Virus record (IMG/VR): IMGVR_UViG_3300029634_000047
Span: 1-64,000 of that record
Origin: a virus
Length of the DNA stretch: 64,000 bases
Reading direction: 5' to 3' (one strand)
Shown here in pieces: positions 39,735 through 49,857 of the stretch (positions are counted from its first letter, which is position 1; the number at the start of each line of letters is the position of its first letter). A model generated the notes under the pieces. It was given only the letters and a program-made list of their open reading frames with translations, was not told the DNA's origin and did no database searches. The translations under genes were made by a program, and so were the position numbers.

Positions 39735-40130
39735 TTACTTCAATTTTGCTAATACTTCTTTTGCGATCTCCTTAGCCTTGATACGATAACTCTGATAATC
39801 AGTGTATTCTTTCAGATATTCGGCACGCTTACCTTCGTCAAGTTCCGAAGCCATATCACGTGCCATTTCCAAGTTGGCGAAAATGGCATCACGTTTGTTT
39901 GCATCATAACGTTCCATGATAATGGCGCTTACAATGCTGTCATAATCATGTTCTCCTTCAACATCCACATTTTCACAGACATACTGGTCTTCAACAACCA
40001 TATCTTCCGAACCGGCCTTTTGAATGACTTCTTTTCTTTCAAAGTCAAAATAAATGCGTAGCAACGCACCTTCAACTACAAATTCAATACCAGTCGGCAG
40101 TTCTCCTACAAGAGTTCCATAACTTTTCAT
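39735..40130 (-). CDS. acidic hypothetical protein
   Basis: ORF. Confidence 0.3.
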   Translation of the reverse strand: MKSYGTLVGELPTGIEFVVEGALLRIYFDFERKEVIQKAGSEDMVVEDQYVCENVDVEGEHDYDSIVSAIIMERYDANKRDAIFANLEMARDMASELDEGKRAEYLKEYTDYQSYRIKAKEIAKEVLAKLK

Positions 40131-40151
40131 AAATTACCTCCATTTTTATAA

Positions 40152-41695
40152 TTATTCTTCAAAATAATAAGCACTCTTCCCGTCACCTAACGAACGCCGC
40201 TTGACAATCACATTTTCCACTGGAAAAATCTTCTGACCGTTATTCTCCGCTTCGCGAGCCTGGTCCAACACATCTTTCAGATTGTAACAGTTCGTTATGA
40301 ATTTGCTACGTTGTCCGTTCTGTTCAAAAAGAACACAATATCTACCTTCACCTTGCTTTGTCTTCACATTCGTTTCAAAGTCCACCACTGTTATAGGGAC
40401 ATTGAGAATATCCATCAATCTTGTCTCTTTTACATCGAAGAACTTCTTTCCGTCCTTTGTTCTACCACTCTGTTTGATACCTTTATCTGCAAAACTCATA
40501 TCATTATTTGTTATTGTTCTCCATAAATTCTTACAATCTCCCCACTTACACCAGCCCCAGTATGAAGCTCGTATCTCGCGGTTACGTTTCCGGCTTTTTA
40601 TTCGTTTCACCTTTCGGGCAAAGTTCTTTTTCATATTTTTACGCATCCGAACATTATCTTTCGTGAAGCAATAGCCCAAAAAGTTAATCCTTCTTCCTCT
40701 TACTACGTTTTCGCTTTCTATGCTTTTTGTTCCCATTTTTTGTTTCTGTTCCTATCGGAGCAATACAACTGTTTGCTTTAACTACCAACCCAACTTTTGC
40801 ACTTTCCCGTTCATACGCACGAATAAGAAACAACGCTTCGGCCTTAGAACGAGCCAGCATAACATTATCATCGCAATATCTATGCAGGCATTTGACACGA
40901 TATTTCTCCTTCATTGTATGATCTATCCGGCTTGCCGCAAAATTCCCGATAGGTTGGCTTGTAAATGCTCCAATCGGAACACCTCTTCTTCCGTTCAACT
41001 TCATTCTCCAATACGTCAACTAACTCTGTTCCGCTGTCATACGATAAAACAGCTATCTCGATCAATTTAATAAATCGTTCATCTTTGAATTTCCTTCTCA
41101 ATGCAGCAACAATAAGCTCATGAAGAATACTTTGATAGAACTTTTTGAAATCAGTCTTTACGAACCATTTGTATTCCGGGTACCGGTGAAGAAAACGTTT
41201 CATTCTCCTTACTCCAAAATGTAATCCCTTTCCCTTGATACACGCACTTGTATCATAAATCAAATTTCTATAAACATCTTCTTCAATCACCCTCATAATT
41301 GCATGGTGCAATATACGCCACGGGAAATATTTCTGTTTGACAATATCTCGAACCTTTCCTGCATCACTTTTTACTCTCATTACGCTATAATCCGGTGCCG
41401 GAAAATCCAATGTCAGGATCATCAACTGCAAAGCTCGGAGGTCTTCTTCCGGGTGTAGATTATGCCGCCTGATAAAGCGGTTTTTCTTAACCTTCCCATC
41501 TTGTGCTTCTTTGTCCGCTTCACGTAAATTATTTATCTCTGCTATACGTTCAAGAATATACCCGGCTCTTTTAGATTTCTTTCCACCGTTTGCTTCTATC
41601 CGTTTATTGTCAGCCTCTATCCTTTCCGCTATAATTCTATCAATTTCATTATGCGATAGACTCTTCCAATCAATATCACTTCTTCCAATATTCAC
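40152..41695 (-). CDS. DGR reverse transcriptase, read through three ORFs (40880-41695, 40684-41019, 40152-40736)
   Basis: SACIKGKGLHFG, WFVKTDFKKFYQSI (motif A), GVPIGAFTSQPIGNF (motif B), RYCDDNVML (YxDD), INFLGYCF; each junction repaired by deleting one base. Confidence 0.75.
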
Positions 41696-41980
41696 TGCTG
41701 CTTTGTTTTAAAATTTACACCATACTTCCAATTTTGTCTTGTTCAGACTATTTTAATTATTCCGATAACTGCAAGCTGTTTTTACTTGCTTGAATAATTC
41801 GCCCGGAGCTTTCGAGAACCAACCTACTAACACCGCTTGTTGCCTTTCGCAAATTGGGCAACCTTTCCGCATTCTTGATTTTCTGACATCGTAACCAATT
41901 GATTACTACGTTGCAACGATATAAATCCTGCAAGGTCATGGCTCGGAGAACTCGCAGATTACTCTACGATAAATAAGTAT

Positions 41981-42089
41981 GGCGAGAGCCGATATTCGCA
42001 TTCGAGTTCGACCAATCGTTATTCGAGTTCGCATAAGCGAGGCCGCAATTCGCACCGTTATTCGCATTACCGCCCCAAAGAACCAGCTC
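41981..42089 (-). repeat. DGR template repeat (TR); startless cassette encoding ...LVLWGGNANNGANCGLAYANSNNDWSNSNANIGSR
   Basis: AAY-codon rich, no start codon, bounded by stop upstream; mismatches to both VRs only at its adenines. Confidence 0.85.
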
Positions 42090-42211
42090 TTGTTCCCCTC
42101 TGCCAACCGTCCACGCCTTTCGGCTTTCGTCCCGTTATCCGTTGCCGTAAAACGAGAAGGTGGACGGGTTTTAATTAATTGAAATTCAAAGAACTAATAT
42201 TTCAAAATCTA

Positions 42212-43531
42212 TTATGCAGCCATCAAAGATGCACCGCTAACAAATGTTAAATTCCCAAAATACGCAAGGCGAGAGCCGAAAGACGCATGCGAGGACGACC
42301 AAGCGTAACCCGAGTACGCACAAGCGAGGCCGCAATACGCACCGTCATTCGCAGAACCGCCCCAAAGAACCAGCTGCCCAGTAGTGTTTGCCCATGAATA
42401 ATCAGCCCAATAAGAAGTGCTGTTTCCACCAATCTTTTTCGGGAAAATATCAAAATGCTCCCCAAGAATTATTTCCTGCACTTGACCGGAAGCTGTCTGA
42501 CGGGTAGCTTGTCTGTATTCACCATTTGGATGCGCAGCTAATTCAGCAGTAGTCGGTAAACGGTTTCCTTTGTAAATGAAAATTTCCGTTCCACTTTGAG
42601 CACTATTGTTGGAACTACCGCAAAATACTCCTTGCAGAAATTCCCACTGCCACCCATAAGGATCTTCTATACCCATCATGTTCACCCGTGAACAATCCAC
42701 TCCAGTATTACTTCCATTCACCACAGAAATAGCTATTTTGCCCCAATTGTCACCGAGACTCTTTGTTGCGCCAGTTTGCAATGCTGCCGCAGCAGCCCAC
42801 AAGTCTTTACTGGAGCTACCACCCACACCATAACCAAGTTTGGCTTGAATATTGGTATCTCCGTACTGGGACAGCCCCAACATCATAATAAGCTTTCTCT
42901 GATCGTAATCGGTCAGTCCCCATTCCTTACCGTTCACTTGTGCAGCATTCCAAAATGCGTTGATTGTCTTGCTGCCTGCCGGTGCAACTCCTGAACGTGA
43001 AACAAGTGCGCTACCTGACATGGAGCCTTTGTATGCACCGATACAGTTATACATTCCACCATTTGCCCCACCAATAAACTCACCGCCAATAGGTAGCATC
43101 GAGAGCCATAAGACTGGTACACCACTTACACTGTCAGTCTGTACACGATAATACAAACGTGGCCCTATCCACATCACATGCCCTTTGGTTTCATCCACCG
43201 CAGTACCATCAGCAAACACCGCACTATTGGTAGGGGACATTTTAGCAGCCCTTCCATCATTCGTTACGAGATAACGGCCACAATACAACTTGTATTCTGT
43301 CCATGCGGCTGTATTACCTATCACACCATAGTTCGTGCTACTTTGGGTTGATTGTTTGATTGGAATCCCCCAAGCCACCTGCCTCAACATTTGTTCGTCA
43401 CCATTATTAATAGCATTCATGAAGTTTTCCACGGTAATGCGTCTGACACTACCACCAACTTCCACCAATACTGTATTGGAACGCAGAATGGAGGTCACCA
43501 ATGTTTCATTTCCTAATCCTTTAGTTGCCAT
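42212..43531 (-). CDS. DGR target protein 1 (tail-fiber/receptor-binding-like, VR1 at C-terminus)
   Basis: C-terminal LVLWGGSANDGAYCGLACAYSGYAWSSSHASFGSRLA encoded by VR1; located in tail module. Confidence 0.7.
   Translation of the reverse strand: MATKGLGNETLVTSILRSNTVLVEVGGSVRRITVENFMNAINNGDEQMLRQVAWGIPIKQSTQSSTNYGVIGNTAAWTEYKLYCGRYLVTNDGRAAKMSPTNSAVFADGTAVDETKGHVMWIGPRLYYRVQTDSVSGVPVLWLSMLPIGGEFIGGANGGMYNCIGAYKGSMSGSALVSRSGVAPAGSKTINAFWNAAQVNGKEWGLTDYDQRKLIMMLGLSQYGDTNIQAKLGYGVGGSSSKDLWAAAAALQTGATKSLGDNWGKIAISVVNGSNTGVDCSRVNMMGIEDPYGWQWEFLQGVFCGSSNNSAQSGTEIFIYKGNRLPTTAELAAHPNGEYRQATRQTASGQVQEIILGEHFDIFPKKIGGNSTSYWADYSWANTTGQLVLWGGSANDGAYCGLACAYSGYAWSSSHASFGSRLAYFGNLTFVSGASLMAA
42268..42376 (-). 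repeat. DGR variable repeat VR1
   Basis: 19 mismatches to TR, all at TR adenines. Confidence 0.85.
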
Positions 43532-43551
43532 AATATTATTTTGTTTTTATG

Positions 43552-44574
43552 TTAATTAAAATGACATTCTGCCAAAACATCAACATCATATTGAGTCCCG
43601 TTTCTGTCAGTTTCCGTTGTTGTTACAGATATAGAATTTGTTGTAGAATGTTTCAAACTCTTCCAGTTTTCCTTATCCATCACATCCATAGTCCACGATG
43701 CGGAAGTAGGAGTATAAGTTGACCCCGTAGTCATATTTACAATCTTGGCACTTACTGTAACGGGTTGTCCGGTATCAACCTCTTTGTTGGAAGAAGTTAT
43801 ATAACATACAATTTGAAATTCATCTGCCGTATCAATGATACGTACCCCGGCACGTGCTATCGGTTGTGAAGCACTTGAAGACTGATAAACTTCTGCTATG
43901 AATAACTGGGTACCGTCCACATCACCACGGGTAACAGTTACACTTTTCTGTCCGTTCTTATCAGTCCAAGCCGCCGTGTCCTTATACCATTTTATATAGT
44001 AATCGGTAATGGCATTGGCACCGGCATACAGCTTGGTAGTCAGAGTACAACTTGTTACTTTGCTTGTTAACTGTTCGGTACTTGCAAGAATAGCAAGATA
44101 GTAAGAGCTGGCTCCCATATTCTGAATGGCAATAGGCAGTTCCCCGGTCAAATTATACTCAACACCTGCCGTAGAAGCGACACATGAATAAGTCAATGTA
44201 TCTCCTGCAATATTCGTTTTGCTTGCCAAGTTTCCGACAATTTTAATGGCACCGGTACTGGTATTCAAAGAGAATTTGCCCGTACTGTCTTTTTTCCAAC
44301 CTCCACTTTCCGCACCGTTAAAATTTAAAGCCACTCCATTGTAAGCCCAACTATGACCAGACAAACTGACCGCCAACCCACGTGCCGAAGTTACTTTGGG
44401 TGTCCGTACCGGCTGATTCGCAGCTATACTCCAATCAGGAGAGACAGCCCCACTTTCTTCATCTACGGCCTGAAACAATGGAATGCCATTATTTTCAAAA
44501 GTCAGCATCAGGCTGTCATTGGAACGAAGACGTTTAATCGTGATGCTATTTTGGGCACTATAATTTTCTGCCAT
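43552..44574 (-). CDS. tail protein, hypothetical
   Basis: ORF in tail module. Confidence 0.35.
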   Translation of the reverse strand: MAENYSAQNSITIKRLRSNDSLMLTFENNGIPLFQAVDEESGAVSPDWSIAANQPVRTPKVTSARGLAVSLSGHSWAYNGVALNFNGAESGGWKKDSTGKFSLNTSTGAIKIVGNLASKTNIAGDTLTYSCVASTAGVEYNLTGELPIAIQNMGASSYYLAILASTEQLTSKVTSCTLTTKLYAGANAITDYYIKWYKDTAAWTDKNGQKSVTVTRGDVDGTQLFIAEVYQSSSASQPIARAGVRIIDTADEFQIVCYITSSNKEVDTGQPVTVSAKIVNMTTGSTYTPTSASWTMDVMDKENWKSLKHSTTNSISVTTTETDRNGTQYDVDVLAECHFN

Positions 44575-44791
44575 ATTCCCAACCTCCTTCTGATATAATT
44601 TGATTCATGCTTGTATTAGTATAAACGATACCGTCCAACAACAGTATTCTATCTTCCAGTTCTCCATCAAGAGAAGGCAGGCACATTACCTCCTTTTCAT
44701 TCAAGATGATGGATTCTCCCTTTACCAAGTGCCCCAACAACAGAACCCCGGCATCCAAAGCCTTTTCCTTATTTGCTACAACATACCTCAT
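44558..44791 (-). CDS. hypothetical protein
   Basis: ORF. Confidence 0.25.
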   Translation of the reverse strand: MRYVVANKEKALDAGVLLLGHLVKGESIILNEKEVMCLPSLDGELEDRILLLDGIVYTNTSMNQIISEGGWEYGRKL

Positions 44792-44792
44792 A

Positions 44793-45998
44793 TCAATTAT
44801 TTATATATATGTTCCCGTTACTGTCCGTATATTCATTTGTCCCATCAGTCAATACAGAGAAAGCCTTTTTTTGCTCGGCCTTAATGTACACGTCCAACCA
44901 ATCGTCAAGATAAGTTTCACCAATACCGGTTCCATCCAACATTATCACAGTTTTTTCCCCCTCCTGCCATTGTACCCCGGTCTTATTTGCACTGTCCGTA
45001 AACCATACCATGCGGATAATCGGTGCCGGTATCGACACAATTTCTCCATTCCACTGTACCATAGCTATATTCCTATGCAGGATTTCATCAGGATTGATGG
45101 AAGCCTGACTTGCCGGTATGCACGTAAATTTTGGATAAACACGATTGACGGAGAATTGCTGTCTTGCAACCTCCTTTCCACCAACCTTCACCAACAGCAA
45201 GTAATCCCCCTTCTCGACCAAACGCAAGTCCATTATCAGGCTGGTTAAGGACAAAGCCACTATTTCATGGTTTGCGGTAGTCAGCATTGTTTGACTTGAT
45301 ATGCTGTTCACCTGATAAAGTTCAATTGTATATCCGGTAGTTATTTTATTCACTCCCTTTGTTACCATAAGTGGAATGGTGCGCTCGTATGAATTTTCAT
45401 CCAAAGCTGCATTCCTATTGGCCGTAGATGCGGAAATCAAATTGTTGGCTACCTTGTAATCATACAACAAAAGCTTGTCAAGAAATGGATTGTACTGGAT
45501 TATCTGACTATCCCCAATAGACAAACCGTAGGTATCTTCACTCTTATCTACCGTTGTCAACATGATAGAGTCAGTCTTAACGGGAATATTCACCCCAAGC
45601 CGGGTATCAGCTATCAGACCTTCAAAATACAACTCAAAACTTTCACCCGGAGCCACATTTCTGCTTATGGTAATGGCACCGCGTGTATCTCCAACCGTAT
45701 CTATACTGTACTTCCCATTCCATGAACTGATTGCAGAAATATTCTCTCCATTAGCAAACCAGTTCATTTCTGCCAACAAAGAATTAACATAAGGCATATC
45801 CCAGCTACCGTCAGCGGCATTCGCTATGACTTCCGGTAAAATCACCAGTGGAGTAACCCCACGGTCAGGATCATATTCATTTGCCACCGGATTATAGACC
45901 TGATTGGCCGGACTGTTCGGTGTCATTATCTTCAAGCTTACTGCAATCGTAAGCGGTTGAAACTCTTTTCTGATTCTTTTCTTTTCACTCTCTATCAT
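44793..45998 (-). CDS. tail/baseplate protein, hypothetical
   Basis: ORF in tail module. Confidence 0.35.
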   Translation of the reverse strand: MIESEKKRIRKEFQPLTIAVSLKIMTPNSPANQVYNPVANEYDPDRGVTPLVILPEVIANAADGSWDMPYVNSLLAEMNWFANGENISAISSWNGKYSIDTVGDTRGAITISRNVAPGESFELYFEGLIADTRLGVNIPVKTDSIMLTTVDKSEDTYGLSIGDSQIIQYNPFLDKLLLYDYKVANNLISASTANRNAALDENSYERTIPLMVTKGVNKITTGYTIELYQVNSISSQTMLTTANHEIVALSLTSLIMDLRLVEKGDYLLLVKVGGKEVARQQFSVNRVYPKFTCIPASQASINPDEILHRNIAMVQWNGEIVSIPAPIIRMVWFTDSANKTGVQWQEGEKTVIMLDGTGIGETYLDDWLDVYIKAEQKKAFSVLTDGTNEYTDSNGNIYINN

Positions 45999-48892
45999 AT
46001 CGTCACAATTGCTTCTACTGATGCAGTATCATTTGTTGCCGTTATGGTAAACAAGGTACTTACCACTGTTACTGAATTATTTCCTAAATCACTAATTTCC
46101 TTTGTGTTATGTATCGTTATTGAACCGTTGAAATCCTTATGCTTGATATTCCAAGCTTCATCATCGGCGGTATCTCCACTATCCCTTCGGATAGCCCATT
46201 GTCTAACTGTGTCTGTAATATCCTCCCAACCTTTAAAGACCTTGCAAGTAATTTCCATTGATTCACCATAAGCAAGAAAATTGTCACCTTGCGTATCAAT
46301 CTCAATGCGTACCGGTGCATCTATCTGTAACTGTTCGATTGTGCCGGTCATATAAATGTTATTCAGATAAGCAGAATAACCGGTCATATCCAACCCGAAG
46401 ATGTTGAGATTGCTCAAATCCCCATCCTGCATTGCAACCATACTCTTTGTAAACTCCCAGTCATTTACCCCTACCAAGAAACGGCGGTATGTCCTCGTCT
46501 CATAAGCGGAAGTCTGGCGTTCCTTGTTTGTAAAGTTGCCATAAGCGACAAAATGCAAAGCCTCACACGGATGGAAAGAATATTGCCAACGATCAGAAAC
46601 ACCACGAAGCACATAGCGAAACCTTTTGTTTGTTCCGGCATCCAATATTTCTGTAATACGAAAATAGATTGTACAGAAACCGGCAAACATACGGTTGCCA
46701 CGGCTATCATCTATATCAGATACCGCATTATTCCCCGGCGTTTCATAGTCATGGAAATACCCCATGCAAATATCATCCACAGCCACAGCACCTATTTCAC
46801 CGTCTTGTAATTTCAAACTTATTGTCCCGGAACGTAGCAAGTTACCATCAGCATCATAATCAGGCTCAACACTCTCTATAATTCCAGCACCGGGAGAACG
46901 CCATTTGTCACCAAGCACAATTTCAGCACGGTTAAAACGCAATTCCGGCACCTCTAAAAACCTGCGTAACGTGAGGCTTTCCATATACCCACGTCCCATG
47001 CTGTCTATTTTCGCCCCAAAGCCGGTCAAACCCTCTGCAAAACCGCTTGCACCAAAAATAGCACCGGCTAAGAAGCTGATAAGCCCAGCTGCCGTATCAT
47101 TATGGGTACGTGAAAGAAAAAGCTGATTACCCAGTGAACGGATGATAGACTGTATCTGTTGGGTATTCAAGCCACCGGTTCCCTGCCCACCACCTGCAAT
47201 AGAATCTATCTGATTTTGGATTTTTTCAAGCGATCCAACAGCTTTTTCCTCCCGAAGTGTCATAGTGTACTTCGGTATCATATCTTCTCCCTCTTTAATA
47301 ATAAGGGTATCAATAATGATGCTACCTTCAATACCAAGATCACTATCAGTGAATAGCATTAAGTCCCCTTCTTTCAAAGTATCATGTATGCTTGCTTCCC
47401 CCCTTGCAACAGCTTCATCATGTTGGCGTGCCATGAATATATCATCCACCTTCGGCTCATACGAATAGCGCACATAGTCATTCTTTTCAAGGTATTTTTT
47501 CGCGGTAACAAGTAACCGTTGTGAAGCTGCCTGAATATAAACGTCCGGCATATCAATATAAAGCAGGACAAACTTGTCACCGGACTTTATATTGTAATCC
47601 TTGTATGGGAAATATAATTTCAGACTTTCATCATATACACGGTTACAAGTCAGCACATATTTATTGCCCTTCTTCTCACATTTGGTTATTTCAAAATCCC
47701 GGCCACCACACATGCCGTTTTTCATGCTAATAGTGGCTGTTTCAGAAGTCAGGTAATCGTTTATATTGAAACCAACATCTTTTAGAGTTATTGTAAAAGG
47801 TGGAACATCTTCACCTTCTTTCAGGTTATCCATTGTACCATCATCCGTCAGTTGTTCTGCATCAGCCACCTCGTCAAGACTACCATTATCCCCGGCATCC
47901 AACGATACATAAATACCAGCATCTTTCAACTGTTCGGCGGTCATACCTTCCATTGAAGGACATATTTCCTCCAAATCACCGGTACCGTCAAAATAAACAC
48001 TTCCTTCCCGAATGCCAAGTGCAGCAATATTCTTGCTGTCAATATATGGATCAAGTGTTGTCTTAGGAAAATCAGGTAACATCAGATTTTCCACGGCCAT
48101 GTTATTCGGCAAATAATTGGTAAGGGAACTATTTGAGAGCTTATTATAATACCGGTTAGGCATATTTCTTGTACTACCGTATGCACGCAACCGGGTAATA
48201 ATCTGTTGATCCGCATCGGCTGTACGTTGAATTTCGTACAGACCATTTCCACGCCCATACTTGAAAATATTGCCCACAGCAATACCGGCAGTACCGATTG
48301 TTATTGTCCGTCCACGAATAACGAAGTTCGCACCAAATTTTGAATTAAACAATTCCAACGCACCCCATACCTTTATATTGTTCACATCAATGTTTACGTT
48401 GGTAGTGCTCACATATTCAGGGTGTACAACAACCGTCCATTTTTGTGCTCCAATATATATACGGTCAAGATTTACTTGAACACGGTCTGCCAAATCTTGT
48501 ATAGACGAAGCGAAAAAACTGAACTTTGGCAAAGAAGTGAAGTGTATCTGATTATCACTTTTCACATAATCAAGAAAATCACATCGCGTCAATTCATCTC
48601 CCGGCCAGTTGAACTTTACGTTATCATAGACAAACGCTTCTCCCGAAGTTTTTCTTGCCGCCTTTTTTAATGCCGTAGGATCATAGTTTATCTCAAACTT
48701 CTCGCCACGGTACATAACATAGTCACCTATCTCAAAAGGAATGGGCACGGCACTTTTCAGAGTGCTTGTCACAAAACATGCACCCATCCATGTACCATTA
48801 TACTCCAAACTTTTCAGCGTACAACGTACCGTATTGCCAGTTTTATCATAAACTTTCCATGCCATACAGCTATACTTTTTCAACCAATGCAA
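45995..48892 (-). CDS. large tail/host-specificity protein (965 aa)
   Basis: Size and position between tail genes. Confidence 0.45.
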   Translation of the reverse strand: MHWLKKYSCMAWKVYDKTGNTVRCTLKSLEYNGTWMGACFVTSTLKSAVPIPFEIGDYVMYRGEKFEINYDPTALKKAARKTSGEAFVYDNVKFNWPGDELTRCDFLDYVKSDNQIHFTSLPKFSFFASSIQDLADRVQVNLDRIYIGAQKWTVVVHPEYVSTTNVNIDVNNIKVWGALELFNSKFGANFVIRGRTITIGTAGIAVGNIFKYGRGNGLYEIQRTADADQQIITRLRAYGSTRNMPNRYYNKLSNSSLTNYLPNNMAVENLMLPDFPKTTLDPYIDSKNIAALGIREGSVYFDGTGDLEEICPSMEGMTAEQLKDAGIYVSLDAGDNGSLDEVADAEQLTDDGTMDNLKEGEDVPPFTITLKDVGFNINDYLTSETATISMKNGMCGGRDFEITKCEKKGNKYVLTCNRVYDESLKLYFPYKDYNIKSGDKFVLLYIDMPDVYIQAASQRLLVTAKKYLEKNDYVRYSYEPKVDDIFMARQHDEAVARGEASIHDTLKEGDLMLFTDSDLGIEGSIIIDTLIIKEGEDMIPKYTMTLREEKAVGSLEKIQNQIDSIAGGGQGTGGLNTQQIQSIIRSLGNQLFLSRTHNDTAAGLISFLAGAIFGASGFAEGLTGFGAKIDSMGRGYMESLTLRRFLEVPELRFNRAEIVLGDKWRSPGAGIIESVEPDYDADGNLLRSGTISLKLQDGEIGAVAVDDICMGYFHDYETPGNNAVSDIDDSRGNRMFAGFCTIYFRITEILDAGTNKRFRYVLRGVSDRWQYSFHPCEALHFVAYGNFTNKERQTSAYETRTYRRFLVGVNDWEFTKSMVAMQDGDLSNLNIFGLDMTGYSAYLNNIYMTGTIEQLQIDAPVRIEIDTQGDNFLAYGESMEITCKVFKGWEDITDTVRQWAIRRDSGDTADDEAWNIKHKDFNGSITIHNTKEISDLGNNSVTVVSTLFTITATNDTASVEAIVTI

Positions 48893-49388
48893 CTATCTTT
48901 GTCGGTTCTGCAACACTATACGAGGGGATTATTTGAGTTCGAGGATCAGTCACTCTGAACTTTATCGGGAAGGTCAAGACTTCATCCATATTGGACTTGT
49001 TAAATTCAAAATCTCCAACCTCCAGCAAGTAAAGTCCTTGCCGCCCGATACCTGTGTGCGAGTTATATATTTTCAAGGTGGCACCGTCACCATTCTCCCC
49101 CGTTAGATAGTTTTGAAAGGCCATGATTTTATCGTATGCAGTACCTAAATCCCCTTTATAGCACATTTCGGCCTCCAAGTCGTATGCTTTTAATGGTAGC
49201 TTATCGGGTATGTAAGTATCTTCACCGTCTTCTTCCGGCCAATCCCGTTTTGGTAAGTCTTTCGTTTCCCCACCCGGTTTGAACGGAAATTCAGTGCACA
49301 CAATCCCAAAATGCGCCAAGCTGTCTTTGACCGGAGCATTCTCGGTAGTTTTCTGTATCAAAATAGAATACGGTTCGTTCATATACAC
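48870..49388 (-). CDS. tail-associated hypothetical protein
   Basis: ORF. Confidence 0.3.
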   Translation of the reverse strand: MYMNEPYSILIQKTTENAPVKDSLAHFGIVCTEFPFKPGGETKDLPKRDWPEEDGEDTYIPDKLPLKAYDLEAEMCYKGDLGTAYDKIMAFQNYLTGENGDGATLKIYNSHTGIGRQGLYLLEVGDFEFNKSNMDEVLTFPIKFRVTDPRTQIIPSYSVAEPTKIVALVEKV

Positions 49389-49650
49389 ATATAAAAAAAG
49401 AGCTTGCCGCAGAGATATTTAGTCTCCACAACAAGCTCTATGGCCTTATACTTTAATCTTATTTCAACGCAAATATAATTGTATTTTCTATATTATCATA
49501 GAAAATAATATTATAAAATCATTTTTTAATAGAATACAATAGCCAAACAAATGCAAATCACCATTTATATGTTTAAAAACATAAAAAATATCATTAATCA
49601 ATATACTTATTATTAATACTTTTGCCTATAATTATAAAAGAGGTTATTAT

Positions 49651-49857
49651 ATGTTAGGAGTTTTACTTTGGTTGGTAATAATCCTACTGATTTGTTTCAG
49701 TGTAACTGGGTGGCATTGGGCTATTATTGGAGTAATATTACTACCCTTATTTGCGTTGTTCCTAATTATATACGTTGACTTTCCTGAAAACCGTTTTGAT
49801 ACCAAAAGACTTAAGAGTGATATAAAATATTTATTAAACAAATTATGCAAGAAATGA
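49651..49857 (+). CDS. small membrane protein
   Basis: Hydrophobic 68-aa ORF preceded by AT-rich promoter-like region (TTTG...TAnnTATA). Confidence 0.3.
   Translation: MLGVLLWLVIILLICFSVTGWHWAIIGVILLPLFALFLIIYVDFPENRFDTKRLKSDIKYLLNKLCKK

Noticed and set aside
41757-41939. 60-aa minus-strand ORF between TR and RT as the DGR accessory protein Avd
   Set aside because: Much shorter than typical Avd (~100-130 aa) and no recognisable four-helix pattern. Left unannotated.
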